A stretch of DNA of 62,079 nt, filler included, from Choristocarpus tenellus KU-1152 (lineage: Eukaryota > Protista > Phaeophyceae): assembly GCA_964200185.2 (NCBI GenBank). It is 11 parts of 11 records of this genome, joined end to end, with 100 filler letters (N's around TTAATTAATTAA, not from the genome) between each part and the next. Parts side by side here need not be neighbours in the genome. Positions count along the whole stretch, not along the records: positions 44,403 to 47,978 come from CAXNAD020019153.1; positions 48,079 to 53,709 come from CAXNAD020010187.1; positions 53,810 to 57,354 come from CAXNAD020019350.1; positions 57,455 to 62,079 come from CAXNAD020013746.1; 7 more parts are not named here. One strand, given 5' to 3'. The position numbers and the translations under genes were made by a program. This document shows positions 47,399-60,683 of the stretch, piece after piece. Numbering within the stretch: position 1 is the first letter of the stretch; every line of letters begins with the position of its first letter. A model generated the notes under the pieces. The model was not told the origin of the DNA, did no database searches, and was given only the letters and a program-made list of their open reading frames with translations.

Positions 47399-48078
47399 TT
47401 TGGTACCGTCTGCTACTAGCCTAGTCCATCCATCCCTGTAAGCACTGGTTACAAGCTACAACCGGGAAGGAAATGATAACTTCATGGAAACAGCGGCGTA
47501 TTCTTTATCAGGAGTGTTTTCCCACCAAGTTGCATTTATTGGCAAGGATAGCATCATCACTTTTGAACGAACGTGTGAGTTGTGTACGCCCTTGAGTGGT
47601 AGGGGGATGCTCCAATATTTGGGAAATCTTGTGTGGGACCTCCAGCGTGGTACATACTGATGAAGGGACAGAAAATAACCCGCATGAGTAAAAAAGGCCC
47701 ATGATAATATTTTGCAGAAAGTATTTTTTTGGAAGGTAAGGATAGAGGGAAACATACGTATTTTTTTTATTGCCACAATTACTGGGCAATGGTGAGTAAT
47801 GTGCCACGCAAGATTTGTATGTTTAAGTAATCTTGTACATAACCAGCATTATTTTTACTTGTATAAATTATTACTTGCAGAAAATATTAAGGTGTTTGTT
47901 CACAACACATATAAAACAGAGGATTTTCAAAGTTGGGGATGGAGCGGGACTACGAGGATGGTTGTTTTGCGAAAACGGNNNNNNNNNNNNNNNNNNNNNN
48001 NNNNNNNNNNNNNNNNNNNNNNTTAATTAATTAANNNNNNNNNNNNNNNNNNNNNNNNNNNNNNNNNNNNNNNNNNNN

Positions 48079-51000
48079 GAGGTCCAACTTGTTCTCATCC
48101 CTAAAGGCTGCAATCATCTCTGCACATTCAGGTATTTCAGCGGGTTTGCGCCATACATCACTGGCCGGTGAATATCCCTGAAGGTGAAGCCGGTACAAAT
48201 AATTGCGGGTGGTTTTCCTTCCTACCCCTCGTTTATGATCAACAATATGCCCTCTACATTGTAAGATCCAATAGTTGGCTGTGTCTTTGACCCCTGATCA
48301 AGGTCCGGTTCAGGTAAAATCCGACCTAAAAAGAGTGAATTAAGGGCATCTATATCTGGCTCCGTGGCTTTATCCTCCTTGCAAGGTTTAAGTCTGGCCA
48401 GATGAACTGTCACTTCCCGTCAATCTTCCGAGCTTTTTACGCGATATACAACAGGTGTTATACGTGCCTTCACTTCATCAAGTCCTCTCCACGGGGACAA
48501 CAACTTGGGGTTTGGTGCATCAGCTGACGTATGTGGTTTGTGAAGCCACACTTTATCTCCGGGTTCGTATAGTGGGAATTTATGGTTCACGTTCTTCAAT
48601 TCATTCCTTGAAACCATCTCACCAATATTACGCCGGGCTAATTCATAGACTAGCTCTAAATTCTTTAATGTTTTCATACTGTATTCTTGTGCAGTTATGG
48701 GGGTGGCCTGAAGGACCCCCAAAATAAGATCAATTGGTAAAATTGGGCACCTCCCAAACATGAGAAAAAATGGCGTTTCTTGAACAGTGGAATTATAGAC
48801 TGTATTGTATGCTAGCTGGACAAAGGGCAGCAATGAGGCCCAGTCAGATTGGTCCATATTTGAATGCATTGTGGAGTGAATACGTTCATATATACTATTG
48901 CCTTGCGGTCGATATGCCGTTGTCTTGGTTTTATGATATCCATACACTTTACACAACTCGGCCAGGAGTTTATTCTCAAATTCTTTGCCTTGGTCAGAGT
49001 TTCAGGAGTACCAAAGATAGAAAAAATACGGTCGACGAGAGCTTTAACCACGGTTTTTTCTCGTTTATTTGCAATACCAACCAAGATTGCGAATCTTGTA
49101 AGATGGTCTACAGCGCATAGCACATATTTTGCACCGTCTGACGTGGTCTTATATTTAACTAGGTCAATAGCAAGTCGTTGAAAGGACGTGTGACAGGTGT
49201 ATGTCCTGTTGGTAATGGGGTTAGAGTGTGCAAGGTCTTCCGCCTTTGACATGACTGGCAAGATTCACACCACTCCCTCACGTCTTTATGTAAGGTTGGC
49301 CACCAAAATCTATCCCGAACTCGGTCAAAGGTGTGCTAGAAAGCAAGATGGCCTGCAACTTTATGGTCATGTAGGGCGTGCAAAATTAAACCCTGAACCT
49401 CTGTTGGGGCTACTAACTGATCTCGAAATTCTCCGTTTTTTCGAAGGTGACCGGGTTGATACGACCGGTAGAGTAAAAGCCTATTTTCTCGTTCTTGAGT
49501 TAAAAAATATGACATGGTGTAGGCCGTTTCCTTACTGGGTAATGCTGTTTTGTTGGGGTCTGCCAGGTATTGAAAATAAGCTTCATACTGCTCATGTTGG
49601 GCCTTGGCTAGAATGTCCGTATCAATTACAGGGAACACATTGATGGAGCTTGCAAAGAGCTCAGAGTCATTTGCCACGTTAGTAAATTTCACTAGTCGAT
49701 CCACAGACAATTCATAGGCAGGGTATACCTTATTTGGCAGGGTAGGGTATACCTTACTTGCTTGAGAACTTGCATCAGTGGTTTTTGTACCCACATTTCG
49801 ACATACAGGACTTAGGGGTGCTGGTTCAGATTCATGTTTACAAAATTCTTCCTGTTGAGGACGTGACAACATATCTGGGATGTAATGTCATCTGCCAGGC
49901 TTATGAAGGACGGTAAAATCCAAATTTTTCAAAGCTAAGGCCCATCGAGTTAACAGATTGGAAGTATCTTGCATCGTATGCAGCCACCATAAGGCTGAAT
50001 GATCAGAAATAACTGTGAAATGTTTACCCCAAATATATGGTCTCCAATGTTGGATTGCCAGAATAACTAACTGCAAGGCACTCTTTTTGTGTGGCAGAAT
50101 ATTTACGTTGGGAGGGGGAAAGTAAGGCACTATGGTATGCAATTATATCAAAATTGTCATCTTCATTTTTTTGTGCTAAAAACGCCCCTGTCCCAACATT
50201 ACTGGCATCTACATGAATAAAAAATTCCTCAGAAAAATCAGGAAAGTGTAGCACTGGAGCCGTTGATAATAGTCGTTTGCATTCGTCAAAAGCAGTCTGT
50301 TGTGGTCGATTCCATCTAGATGAGATATCCTCGTGGTCTTTCTTTGCTCGTTTTACTGAGGTGAACACTTTGTGTGACTTTCCTTTCTGTGTATGGTGAA
50401 TCAATTCAACCAATGGTTCTGTTGCTGTTGCTAGGTGGGGAATGTACTTCCTAACAAAGTTCATTGAACCTAAAAACGATTGTAAGCCTTTCACAGTTTG
50501 AGGAGGATGCATCTCTAATATAGCTTCAACACAAGCTTGGGATAGAGCAATTCCTTGTGGGCTAACATCATGTCCCAAATAATGGATTTGTTTTGAGCCA
50601 AATTGCGCCTTGGACGGCTTTAACGTAACTCCTACATCTTGTAACATTGACAAAAGTGTAGTGATCACCTAAGCCAAATTATCTTAGAGGGTAGAGTCAC
50701 GTCCATTTGGGGGCCAAAATCCAATGTTGATATTTCGATGTAATTTGGCTATCGTGTTAGGAAGTGTCAATATCCTTGTTCTGGACACGCCTTTTAATAA
50801 GGTATACATTTTACCTACTCCGAAATATTTTGGAGTAGGAAAATGTCATTAAAAAAAAACTAGGAAACCAAGCCCCAAACGAAGAAACAGGGAAAAAAAT
50901 GTGCCCTCTAAGATCATTTTACTCACTGTTTATGGTGTGTCCATGATGGAGAGGCTAAAACAATATCGTCTAAATATACCAACAATCCTGAGCTAGGACC

Positions 51001-53636
51001 GATACTGGAAAAGGTTTCAGACATAAAGCATTGGAAGATCCACGGTGCATTTTGTACTCCAAATGGTAACCTCTGAAACTCGTATTTCCCATCCGGCGTG
51101 ATGAAGGCAGTTTTTGTCGGTTGCATTCATCAGTGATCGGTAGTGGCCAGTAGGCTGATTGAATATCTAAACAAGATAAATATTTGAACCCCCCAACGAG
51201 GATAGGCACTCATCCATGGATGGCAAAAGGCCATGAATTACGTATCAAATGTTTATTTATGGTCCCTCTAAAATCCACACAGAATCAAGGTGATCCACCT
51301 GGTTTGGCAACAATGGTAACAGGGGGTACCCATGGGCTAGATGAGGGTTTTATAATACCCTGATTCTCCATATCAGTTACGCATTGTCGAATAGTGTCGA
51401 GTATTTTTGGTGCCGCACGATACGGTGGTCTACTAACCGGTTTAGTGCCTGGTTGTAGTGGAAAGTTAACAGAAGTAGTGATACAGCAACCTAATTCTTT
51501 TTCGGACAATGAAAAGACTGGTCTGAATTTAGCCACATATCTAGTAATTCCTCTTGTCCGGACAGTGTCAGTTGAGTACTTGTAAAAGCCTTCTTAGAAA
51601 AAACCAACTTCAATTCCTCCCTGGCCTGTTTCAGTTCTTCAGGGGTAGATGGTGTGGCTGTGACTGCACTTACTGTGGTATCTGACAAGATATATGTTTT
51701 TGAAACAGAGGAAACATGACCAACTACAAACTCTGCTGGTCACTTGATCCCTTTCTGTGACAAATTGGCAATTTTGACTAGACATCCTCCATCTTCTTCC
51801 CAAACTGTGAGGGTTCGACTGACCATTATGTGTTGCCAGTGGGGATGTACGTCGTACTCATGCTGGAGGTCTATGACAGTGTAAATGATAGATTCCACCA
51901 CTGCATCGGTGGTAGCTGTTCCTCGAAGTGCCTGAGAACAAACTGGAACAAGTGTTTCCGTACCCGGGGGAAGGAATATCTTTTTACTGTGTGCACTGGT
52001 ATAGTAAATTCAGATGTGATTACTGAAATTGAAACATGAGATGCATTTTCAGTCTGGCCAAAATCTTTTGGGGGGGGAACAGATGGGAAGGGGTACGATT
52101 TTTTGTTTTGCAGGGATGCATTAATCACTGTCTTTAAACAACATATCTCTATCCCAATCTAGCACTGCCCCAAATGCCGACAAAATGCTGTTATCCAACA
52201 AAAAATTATCTACTCCCAGATTAGGTATGACCACTGCTTGGACAGGCATTGATATGTCACGAAGTTGTAGTGTAAATTGAATTAAACCAGTTAAAGAGAG
52301 AGGTCTACCACCTGCTCCTTTTAAATTCAGAGTGCCTGGTGGAATCTCCCGAATTGGTGCCTTGCAAAGTGTTGGGTGGGCTCCAATGTATCTGAGAGAT
52401 ATTACTGGAATGTCAGTAGCAGTATCAACAGTAATACTCGTTAAAGGTTCATTTTCAACATACCCAAGAATTCTTACGCGGCGAGATGAAACATTTAGCA
52501 CGCGAGAGGAGTTAGAATAATGTTGGATTGCTGATGTGTGCCAACAGTATGACAAATTGGAACAACACATTTGAGGTGTAAAAGACATGTCACCCACACC
52601 CAAAACCGGTTGTGGGGAAAAAGAAAGAGCAGACGCAACAGTTGTTACATGTCCTGCTTATGGCAACTTTTGGTGTGCTGACCTTGAATGTTTAAAGTGT
52701 TGGATCTTATTTGCTCTCTCCCACATCTGAGTCTGCCCAAAACACGAAGTCCCTAGTTTTCTTTGACTTCCTAACCTTATAGATTCCGGGGAAACAGAAT
52801 CAGCAGGGCATCTCTATATCCTCTCGTTTCTCACTCTCTCTCCTCCTGTGGTTCTATGTTACCCTGCAGGGGTTCAGTGGAGGAATAATAGAGATTTCTG
52901 ACAACAGGCAGTACCTGTTTTGATCACCCATAAAAGCTGACAAATTGAACGCTTTTTGTGGTTGTTGTTGTAGATACACATGGGAGAAAGGTCTAACCCA
53001 TTTTTGAAATTTGGCAACAGGGGAATAGTACAAAGTCTGTGCTCCAGAACTCATGTGGTACGTCTTTTTGATAAGATGTATCACGATCAAGGGATCAAGT
53101 GCCTAGACTCAGTGAATATGGTCTAGGTAGGGCGGGACAATATACTCTTCTTCATATTTAAAGTTTGCATGGCCGCTGCCACCAAACCTTGGTCATGCCG
53201 AGTCCCCTCCATCGCCTCATCGACAATCTTCTTGGCGTAAACGAGTTGGCAATTCATGTACGTCTGGAAATAGAATGTCGCCACCACACTGTGTTCACCA
53301 TTTTCCTCGTGATATTCTGTCAACACGCTGAACCGGTTCAGGCCCGAATTACGGGCAGGGCCTTCCCTCAGCCTCTGCTCCGCCATCCCTTCCTGCTCTA
53401 GCGAGCCACCAGGGGTGCCTTTGTCTACCAATGTAGACGCGGGAATCGGTCGAGGTTGGCCATTAATGATATCCCACTCATTACCTCCATCAGTTGTCGT
53501 GCTTAAGGTTGCCTTCTTCCCTTTCCTTATAGCCCATTTCCCCTTACTGTTAGCATTAGATGTTGCAGTAGGTGTGGGAGTGGTAATGTCAAACATAATG
53601 TGGCGTGAGTTAGCCCCCTTGAACACTAGGCGTGAG
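48079..53636 (-). mobile_element. Ty3/Gypsy copy 2 of the same family, with integrase core and C-terminal chromodomain; degenerate; MITE inserted in RT
   Basis: Closely similar to copy 1 along its length. Adds FQRLAIDLV...AVDHLTRF...FGTPE, TTAYRPQGN, WASLLPFVQLAYNT...TPFFLMFG, KLLSPWRG (GPY/F region), and frameshifted YNVEGI/DHKRG...YLYRLHLQGYSPASDVWRKPAEIPECAEMIAAF (chromodomain). Confidence 0.95.
50671..50924 (+). mobile_element. MITE family 1 copy C inserted in Gypsy RT, TSD CCT/ACT
   Basis: The empty site in Gypsy copy 1 (GTGATCAACTGTTT on the minus strand, ~27675-27688) shows ACT was duplicated, with one later mismatch. Confidence 0.9.
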
Positions 53637-54559
53637 TACTACTGTGGAAGTGTCAAAGGTGCCAAGTTCTCTGCTCAAGGGGGCAATCACAATCATCGGA
53701 CTGAAACTCNNNNNNNNNNNNNNNNNNNNNNNNNNNNNNNNNNNNNNNNNNNNTTAATTAATTAANNNNNNNNNNNNNNNNNNNNNNNNNNNNNNNNNNN
53801 NNNNNNNNNCAGGACTACCAACACATCTCTTACTTTTCCTCTCACCCCCCATCCCCCCCCCCCTCGCCCCCCCCCCTTCATTCTCAATGACAACAGAACA
53901 ATAACAGGTAGGGCTTCCACTTGTGCACCGTACCCTAAATAACATTCATCTAACAATACCCGACAAAGGGAAGAAGGATAACTCTTGCCACCATTCCAGA
54001 AAACACTCCAGCCAGCCCTGTGCCCAAGATGGTCAGGGCAGTGGCTGGAACGCCCTGGCACCTCAGACACCCTGCCACCACAGCAGAGCACAATCGACCT
54101 GGGTACCATGGTGAAGGGTGGAGGATCATCAACTACAAACTCGAGGTGCTTCAAGTCGTCAAAGTAAGGGTCTTTTGGGGTGATTTTGAGACCAGAATTG
54201 GGCATGTCGAGGGTCAGAACGTCGGCATGGCAACCCTCGGTCAATCCTCCCGCATAGGAAGGGTGCCCAAGTGTCCCTGAATACCAGGGTTGTGCTTGCA
54301 GTGTGGCACACCCTTGCGATGGTCCCTGGTGAGCATAAACGGCCGTGACACATTGGGCCGACCCTCGCAGCGGAGTTTGGAGTGTCCGAGCATTACATGC
54401 GAGGACTCTGGGAGGACATCATTGATCAGCTCGCCCGTGGCCATGAGCTTGACCTAGGGGTGGCGGCACGTAGTGGGTGGCCTTTGGAGCTCACACCAAT
54501 CAAGATGGTCACAATACATAGTATCAACTCCAACAATCGGCCATCCAGAGTGCGTCGGG

Positions 54560-55218
54560 TGACAATAAAGATGGCGGCCAAGGGGCTGAATGACAGCATG
54601 AGCACCAAAAACAGCCGGTTGGATGATATGGGGGCCATGCCAAATCGCTCCTGGATCAAACCCAAGCTCAAATCGTGGCAAAAGGTATGGAGAATGGACT
54701 TCGTTTGCAATCAAGTGGACCGGCAACGCGGTGTGTACGCCTCCATGACGAACACGATCAATGTGGATGAAACCTGGTTTTACGTGATGGCTGATGGGGA
54801 AAGGGTTAGGGTATTTCCGCATGATGATGATTGCGACCTTCCAGGGCCCCTACTGTGCAGCACAAGAGTCATATCTCCAAAACCATGATCATTGCAGCCA
54901 ACACCCGCCCAAATTCGACTCACAGCTTTGATGGAAAGCTTGGTGTTTGGCGTGTGTGTGCGCCAAAAATGGCACACAGGACAAGCAAGAACCATAAAAA
55001 GGGTGATGTGTATGAGCAGGACTGTACTTTAGATCATTTGTGGTACAGGAAGTGGTACACGGAGGAGTTACTGCCTGCAATCAAAACCAAGATGCCTTGA
55101 TTGCAGGGGAAGCACTTTGTCGTTCAGCAAGACGGTGCTACCCCCCACACCGGCAAGGGCAGCTCAGAAATCTTGTCAGGGGCAGAGAAGACTGAGGGGT
55201 GGTCAAATAGGTTGTGAC
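54560..55218 (+). pseudogene. Tc1/mariner transposase remnant, plant-type (DD39D-like), truncated by MITE
   Basis: INVDETWFY, VQHKSHISKTMIIAANTRP...FDGKLGVW...RTSKNHKKG, LLPAIKTKMP*, VVQQDGATPH. One frameshift and one stop; cut before the QPxNSPD motif. Confidence 0.8.
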
Positions 55219-55477
55219 GAGTGAAAGTATCTTAGAGGGTACGAGGTATTCCCTGTTTGTCCATTTGAGGCTGGCTTCCCACGGGTTTTTAGTGACATTT
55301 TACCTACGCCGAAACTGTTTCGGAGTAGGTAAAATGTATATGTTATGAAAAGGTGTGTCTGGAACAAGGATATTGACATCTCCTAACAAAAATGATAGTC
55401 AAAATTACAACAAAATTGCAACATTGGATTTTGGTCGCCAAATGGACGCGGCTGTACCCTCTAAGATACTTTGGCTC
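55219..55477 (-). mobile_element. MITE family 1 copy E (inverted, no TSD match)
   Basis: GAGTGAAAGTATCTTAGAGGGTAC...TACCCTCTAAGATACTTTGGCTC. Confidence 0.9.
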
Positions 55478-55693
55478 AAAATAATTTATTTTCCCTCCAA
55501 AAAAAAAAATATCTCATATTAAAAATAATTACATTAACAAAAACTCCAGGAAAAAGTTCTAAACTTAACAAACTTATTAATATTTTTTTTACTTCTGGAG
55601 AATTTGAGTAATACTATCAGCTTGAGAAGGTTGTCATCAGCGAGACAATAAAATGGCAATACCTCCCTCCCCCACAATTTGATAACACTGCCT

Positions 55694-55842
55694 GGTAAAA
55701 TGTGTACGTTATGAAAGGTGTGTCCGAAACATAGATATTGACACTTCCTAACAAACATGATAGCCAAAATTACATCAAAATCGCAACATTGTACTTTGAC
55801 CCCCAATTGGACGAGGCTCTACCCTCTAAGATACTTTGGCTT
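55694..55842 (-). mobile_element. MITE family 1 half copy F
   Basis: Begins inside the internal hairpin (GGTAAAATGT) and runs to the TIR CTACCCTCTAAGATACTTTGGCTT. Confidence 0.8.
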
Positions 55843-56806
55843 TTCTCCTCCAATACGCGTCACTGAAAAAAACTACATACTGATTGGCGTCCTCGACATT
55901 AACTTATTTCAAACTATTTCACCCCGCAAGCTGCCTCCATTAAACACGTTCACCACGCCAACCATATCGTTTGCTCTGCCCTATTGACATGCTATCGTAC
56001 TTCCATTACACTCTCCCATTTTTTACGTCACCATTGTCCCCTCCTCTCCTCAACGACGTCCTCCGCCGTCTCTACTACTAGATTATCGATAAGGACTCGG
56101 CTCTACGCGCTTACCTCACCACCTGGGATGGTAAATACTAGGATGTACTCAACCAGGTCAACCTCCACCAGATTCACAGTGGGCGGGGCTGTGATGGCGG
56201 CGGCGCAGAAGTTGAGAGCAAGAACGGATCGGCATCAGATGACCGTGAGAAAGAAGACGAGGTAGGGCGCGAACACCAAGGAGGGAATGGAGACGAGGGA
56301 GGGGACGAACACAAAGGAGGGGACGAAGACGAGGGAGGGAACGGACTGCCAGACAGGGAGGATACGGGCGAAGGGGTTTCTGTCGGCAGTGTTCCTGGTG
56401 CGGAAGAAGAACAAACGAAGAGGGAGGGTGGAATGCGGGCACTGTACTGAATGCAATCCTCCACCTACGTCTCGGTGAGTAATGTAGTTGTAACGGTGCA
56501 CGTGTAGGGCGGAGTGTAATTAATAGCGTAAGATTAGTTCCATCCAATCCCCCGAACGGATAGATACGTTGTATCTTTTCAGCGGCACACACCATTGAAT
56601 CGATGGTATGTTGCGAGGTCCCTCTATGTGCGGTGCTGCGGTTGCTACCCCCACGTCTCTTTATTTGCCACTGTCCGATTGTGTGTTAATGCATGTAAAT
56701 CACCGTCTGTTGTATCTCACCTCTACTACTTCATGCTATTTTGCGCGGCCATTTCGTGGTCCTTCGTAACCGTGGATCCCCGCGTTGCGTTGTTGTGCCC
56801 AATTAA

Positions 56807-57078
56807 GAGTCAAAGTATCTTAGAGGGTAGAGCCGTGTCCATTTGGAGGCCAAAATCCAATGTTGCGATTTTGATGTAATTTTGGCCATCGTATTTGTTT
56901 GGAAGTGTCAATATCCTTGTTCCCAATACACCTTTTCATAACGTATATATTTTTCCTACTCCAAAGTTAGTTTCAGAGTAGGTCAAATGTGATTTTTTTT
57001 TAAACACACACACATGGGAAGCCAAGCCCTAAACGGACAAACAGGGCAAAACTCGCACCCTCAAAGATACTTTCACTC
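56807..57078 (+). mobile_element. MITE family 1 copy D, TSD TAA
   Basis: TAA-GAGTCAAAGTATCTTAGAGGGTAG...CCCTCAAAGATACTTTCACTC-TAA. Confidence 0.9.
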
Positions 57079-57141
57079 TAATGATCTGGAAAAATACTAT
57101 ACTGTCTGTTTAACGCTCTGATTCGATGACACGCGCAACAG

Positions 57142-57354
57142 GTATTCATGCCCAAAGTGCTCCATCATGCATATGGGCAAATGTGCCTACGCGGAGATTA
57201 GAGACGACGAGAGGCACAAGGATCGATTATGTATCAATTGCCCCATGGGACAGGAGGGTAGTGAAGGGTCTGGATCGGTGGGGAACGAAGCGACGGGTCG
57301 GGGCAGGGGGAAGGGCAAGGGTAAGGCTCGCGCAAGGAGCGCGGGCGGGTCACC
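57142..57354 (+). CDS. Possible exon with Cys/His zinc-finger half (PHD-like) and RG-rich tail, cut by contig end
   Basis: After a CAG acceptor: YSCPKCSIMHMGKC...RLCINC...GRGRGKGKGK. Confidence 0.3.
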
Positions 57355-59863
57355 NNNNNNNNNNNNNNNNNNNNNNNNNNNNNNNNNNNNNNNNNNNNTT
57401 AATTAATTAANNNNNNNNNNNNNNNNNNNNNNNNNNNNNNNNNNNNNNNNNNNNCCCACAAATTACAAGAGGAACAACGGACTAACCCTAACCCTACGGT
57501 GGAACAAACGCCTGCCACCCTCATCTACCTTCCCGCCGGCCTCTTTCCTGTACGATCAGGGGAACCTAACCGGACGAGGTTGGGTGCCTTGGCAGTGGTT
57601 TCATTCATCCATTCCAACTGTTGTGGTGGAAGGGGCGTCTGTTCTGACTACCATATAAATAGTCATGCACTTACACATAGAGTACATCCATTTGTGAATC
57701 CATAGTCAAGCTTGCTTGCTACATGTTGCTTGCTGGCTATCGAACGGTGCATTTAATGTATGTGTATCCGTGGGTGCAGCACAGGCATGTATGCGCCCCT
57801 TGCGTTACCCAACGCCCAGAATGGGAACAGGTAAATATTCAGTCTAGTTACACCACACCGGATCATCGGTCAGAAATTGGTGTCAATAACAGGCCGCCAC
57901 TCCAAAGGCTCTGCGATAGATGGAGTGGAATGAGGATTCCAGTCTGCGTTACTATACTATACTATACTATTGTCGGAGGTATCACTCATGTCAATGTGCT
58001 GTCCCCAATGCCTCGCAGATGCACAGGAAAACTCAGAAATATATATATGAGAGTGTGCCAAGCGCATGCTGGCGAAGAGGGGAACAAAACTCGTTCGCAC
58101 CCACGGAGATCACGAACACATGGTCAAGGAGTAACCTCACTCCATCTAAACCTACACGATGCCAAGTCCAACTTCCATGGATGCACTAGGATTGCCACTC
58201 TATTCACGGTACCCTGAACCCCGCCCCCCGCCCCCCAAAGTATTGCGCATGCTCTTACCATAACATAAACCTACTGTTTTTGTACTGCATTCACCTCTTC
58301 TACCTTGCACTATGTACGTGCAGGGGTCAGCAATGGATCCACTCTTCCCAATGTTTAGAATAAAAGTTCGATCTGCCTCGTTGCTTACTTGGGAGAGAGG
58401 ACTTAGAATTTATGTTGCAGGCACCTAAGCACCACCATCCCTATGTATCCTTTGCAAGACATATTTGATATTGTGTTATCGTGTGCTGTATTGTGGTGGT
58501 ACACAGCATGATACCTGTCAGTAGTTAGATCCCCCCCTTCAAGTGGTTGCGATAGTAATAGTAACGTTTAGTTCCCATGATTTGGGACACATCAACAGCT
58601 GTAGGATGCAGGCTGCGCTGTCTACTGTCCCATCACCTACGATGACGTACATCACATGCATGAAATTTCAACTGCACTGTGGTTGGAAACAGTACGATGT
58701 TGGGGATGGTGATCAAGCTGTAAAATTTAGAAAATGTGGAGCAGTGCATCTCTCTTTACACTCCCATCCCGAGTGCGAGGTTGGTACGGCAGGGCACACG
58801 AATTGGTGTGTTACTAATTCCCGTCCCCATACTCTTACTTTGTACCAACCAGGAAAGCAGGACTTTTGTGCAAAAATACAGGCATTATGCCTTCTCTGTA
58901 GATAAAAAAAACTGCCACCAGGAAAAACAACACCTCGAGGAAACAAAAGTACCATGCTTGAAGAGATAGTTCTGTGTGTAGTAGCTCATACAGGAATATC
59001 TGGCCAGTCGCGAGGTAACCATTTACAGGAGAAAAGCCATCGACAGAGCGAGAACACCTTGGTTAGAGATGTATGACTGACTGAAAATGCAAACGCCATT
59101 GGCAACTACTGATAAGAAGCGCTGAAACATTCTCAGGCAATTAGAGGTACGGCGCGTAGTCTCGGCAAGCATATACAACGAGGGCAGCATCAGGACTAGG
59201 AACGTTGACCCAGACGTGTGGTGACATGACCTTTACTTTCTCACCTGCTTCGATCTCGAAGAATCTGCAACCCGACCGAACTTACTCCTCGTACGTTGTT
59301 TCGATTGCAGAGATGATGAAGATTTAAGTCGTTCATCACCCTGCTTCTTTCCCGTGTTCCAAAAGGAGTCAGCGTTCCTTGAGTAGTGTCTGGAGGAGAC
59401 TGGTTGTGCAAGTCCCACACGGGAACCAACCACAGACCATCGACTCGCTCTCACCACCCCTCCACTGTTCACCCGTATCTGCACCGAGCAAGTGGCGGAG
59501 AAACATTGAAGCATGGTGACACTTGCCCTGGCGAGGGGAGTAATCGCCAGGCGGGAGCAGATGGTTCCTTTGATCATCTTCCCATGTTGTCTGGCTGACC
59601 AGCAGCGCGCAGCAACGTTGTCCCACCTTGTGAACAGCATATACTCCCTGCTCCAAAACCAAACTGCTACTCCTCACTTCATCAACCACCTTTGCTAAGC
59701 TGGCCACACGCAGAGAAGACCTTGAACGGTAGATGTGACAAAGATGGAGGTTCCACACCTGTAGATCCCTAACGCTAAATTTAAAGTATTCAGCATACAA
59801 TGATGTTAGAGAGAAAACCCTCTGACATTTGTTTGGACATCGTGTGAAGAATCTGAGAGAGCT

Positions 59864-60683
59864 ATGAAAGACTGTCCAATGCACCGCCTCTTCGAGGCGT
59901 CCGTAGGGGTATTTGCCATCGTGCTACTGACGAAGGCATGCCGTGCCTTTTCTGGTAGTGGAGGTGTCTCGAAATCGACCAACCCTCAAAGGATTCCTGC
60001 AGAGCTGTGAGTGATGATAATTTCCGCACAGAAATCTCCATGGCCACATTCCCTTACCCCTCTTTAGTTGCAGAAGTTCACACGCATGCACATTGGGGCA
60101 CATATTGACCCTCGACTTGCCTCAAGACAAACTTAGTTTTATCATGAAGTCCAGGTTTGCAACGTACGTGATAAATTCTCTTTTGCCACTTCAGGGTACC
60201 TGTGTAGTTAAGTACAAACATGCGAGGGAGGACGACCAATAATCTCATTGAAAACCTAGGTGATCCTTCCTCACCTCTTGAGGACGAGATGGAGATCATT
60301 GTGTTCTACACTCAAAATATATTTGGTAGGGGGATAGGAGTGTCACCAACCTAGCCCATGAAGTAGGCTAGCGTCTACACCGATTGTAATGCACATCGAG
60401 GTTTGCGATGACTCTGTTGTCCTGGAGTGGGGGAAATTTCACAGGCTCGCCAGGAGATTGATCACTGAAGCTAGAGCGTGCTTTCACTCCGTCGACATTC
60501 TTCACTACCCTCCCCTGCATCTTCCTTTCCTCGATCTCTGAACAGGAAGGCGGAGAGCGAAGAATTCCTACTGAAGAGGCTGGAGCTGGCCACAGAGCTT
60601 GCTCTCAAGGCAGGAACCGCAATCAAGGCAGTTATCCACAGCGCAGAGAAGAAGGCAGTCACGCACAAGGGGGAAACAGACTT
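59864..60683 (+). CDS. Inositol monophosphatase-family protein, plastid-targeted, first two exons (59864 or 59879-60006; 60546-60683)
   Basis: MHRLFEASVGVFAIVLLTKACRAFSG (signal peptide + AF), spliced in phase to RLELATELALKAGTAIKAVIHSAEKKAVTHKGETDL, the IMPase N-terminal helix leading to K...DLVT. Confidence 0.75.

Noticed and set aside
53810-54444. Minus-strand ORFs beside the mariner remnant as a partner gene
   Set aside because: No recognisable motif, interrupted by a stop and by the contig end.
19888-57454. Regularly recurring TTAATTAATTAA palindrome flanked by Ns
   Set aside because: Artificial six-frame-stop linker joining contigs. It is not biological, and any 'gene cluster' spanning linkers is spurious.
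59233-59640. Minus-strand gene with mitochondrial-type presequence divergent from IMPase
   Set aside because: The Arg/Ser-rich ORF ends at a plausible donor, but I could not splice it in frame to a recognisable downstream exon, so it is not listed as a feature.
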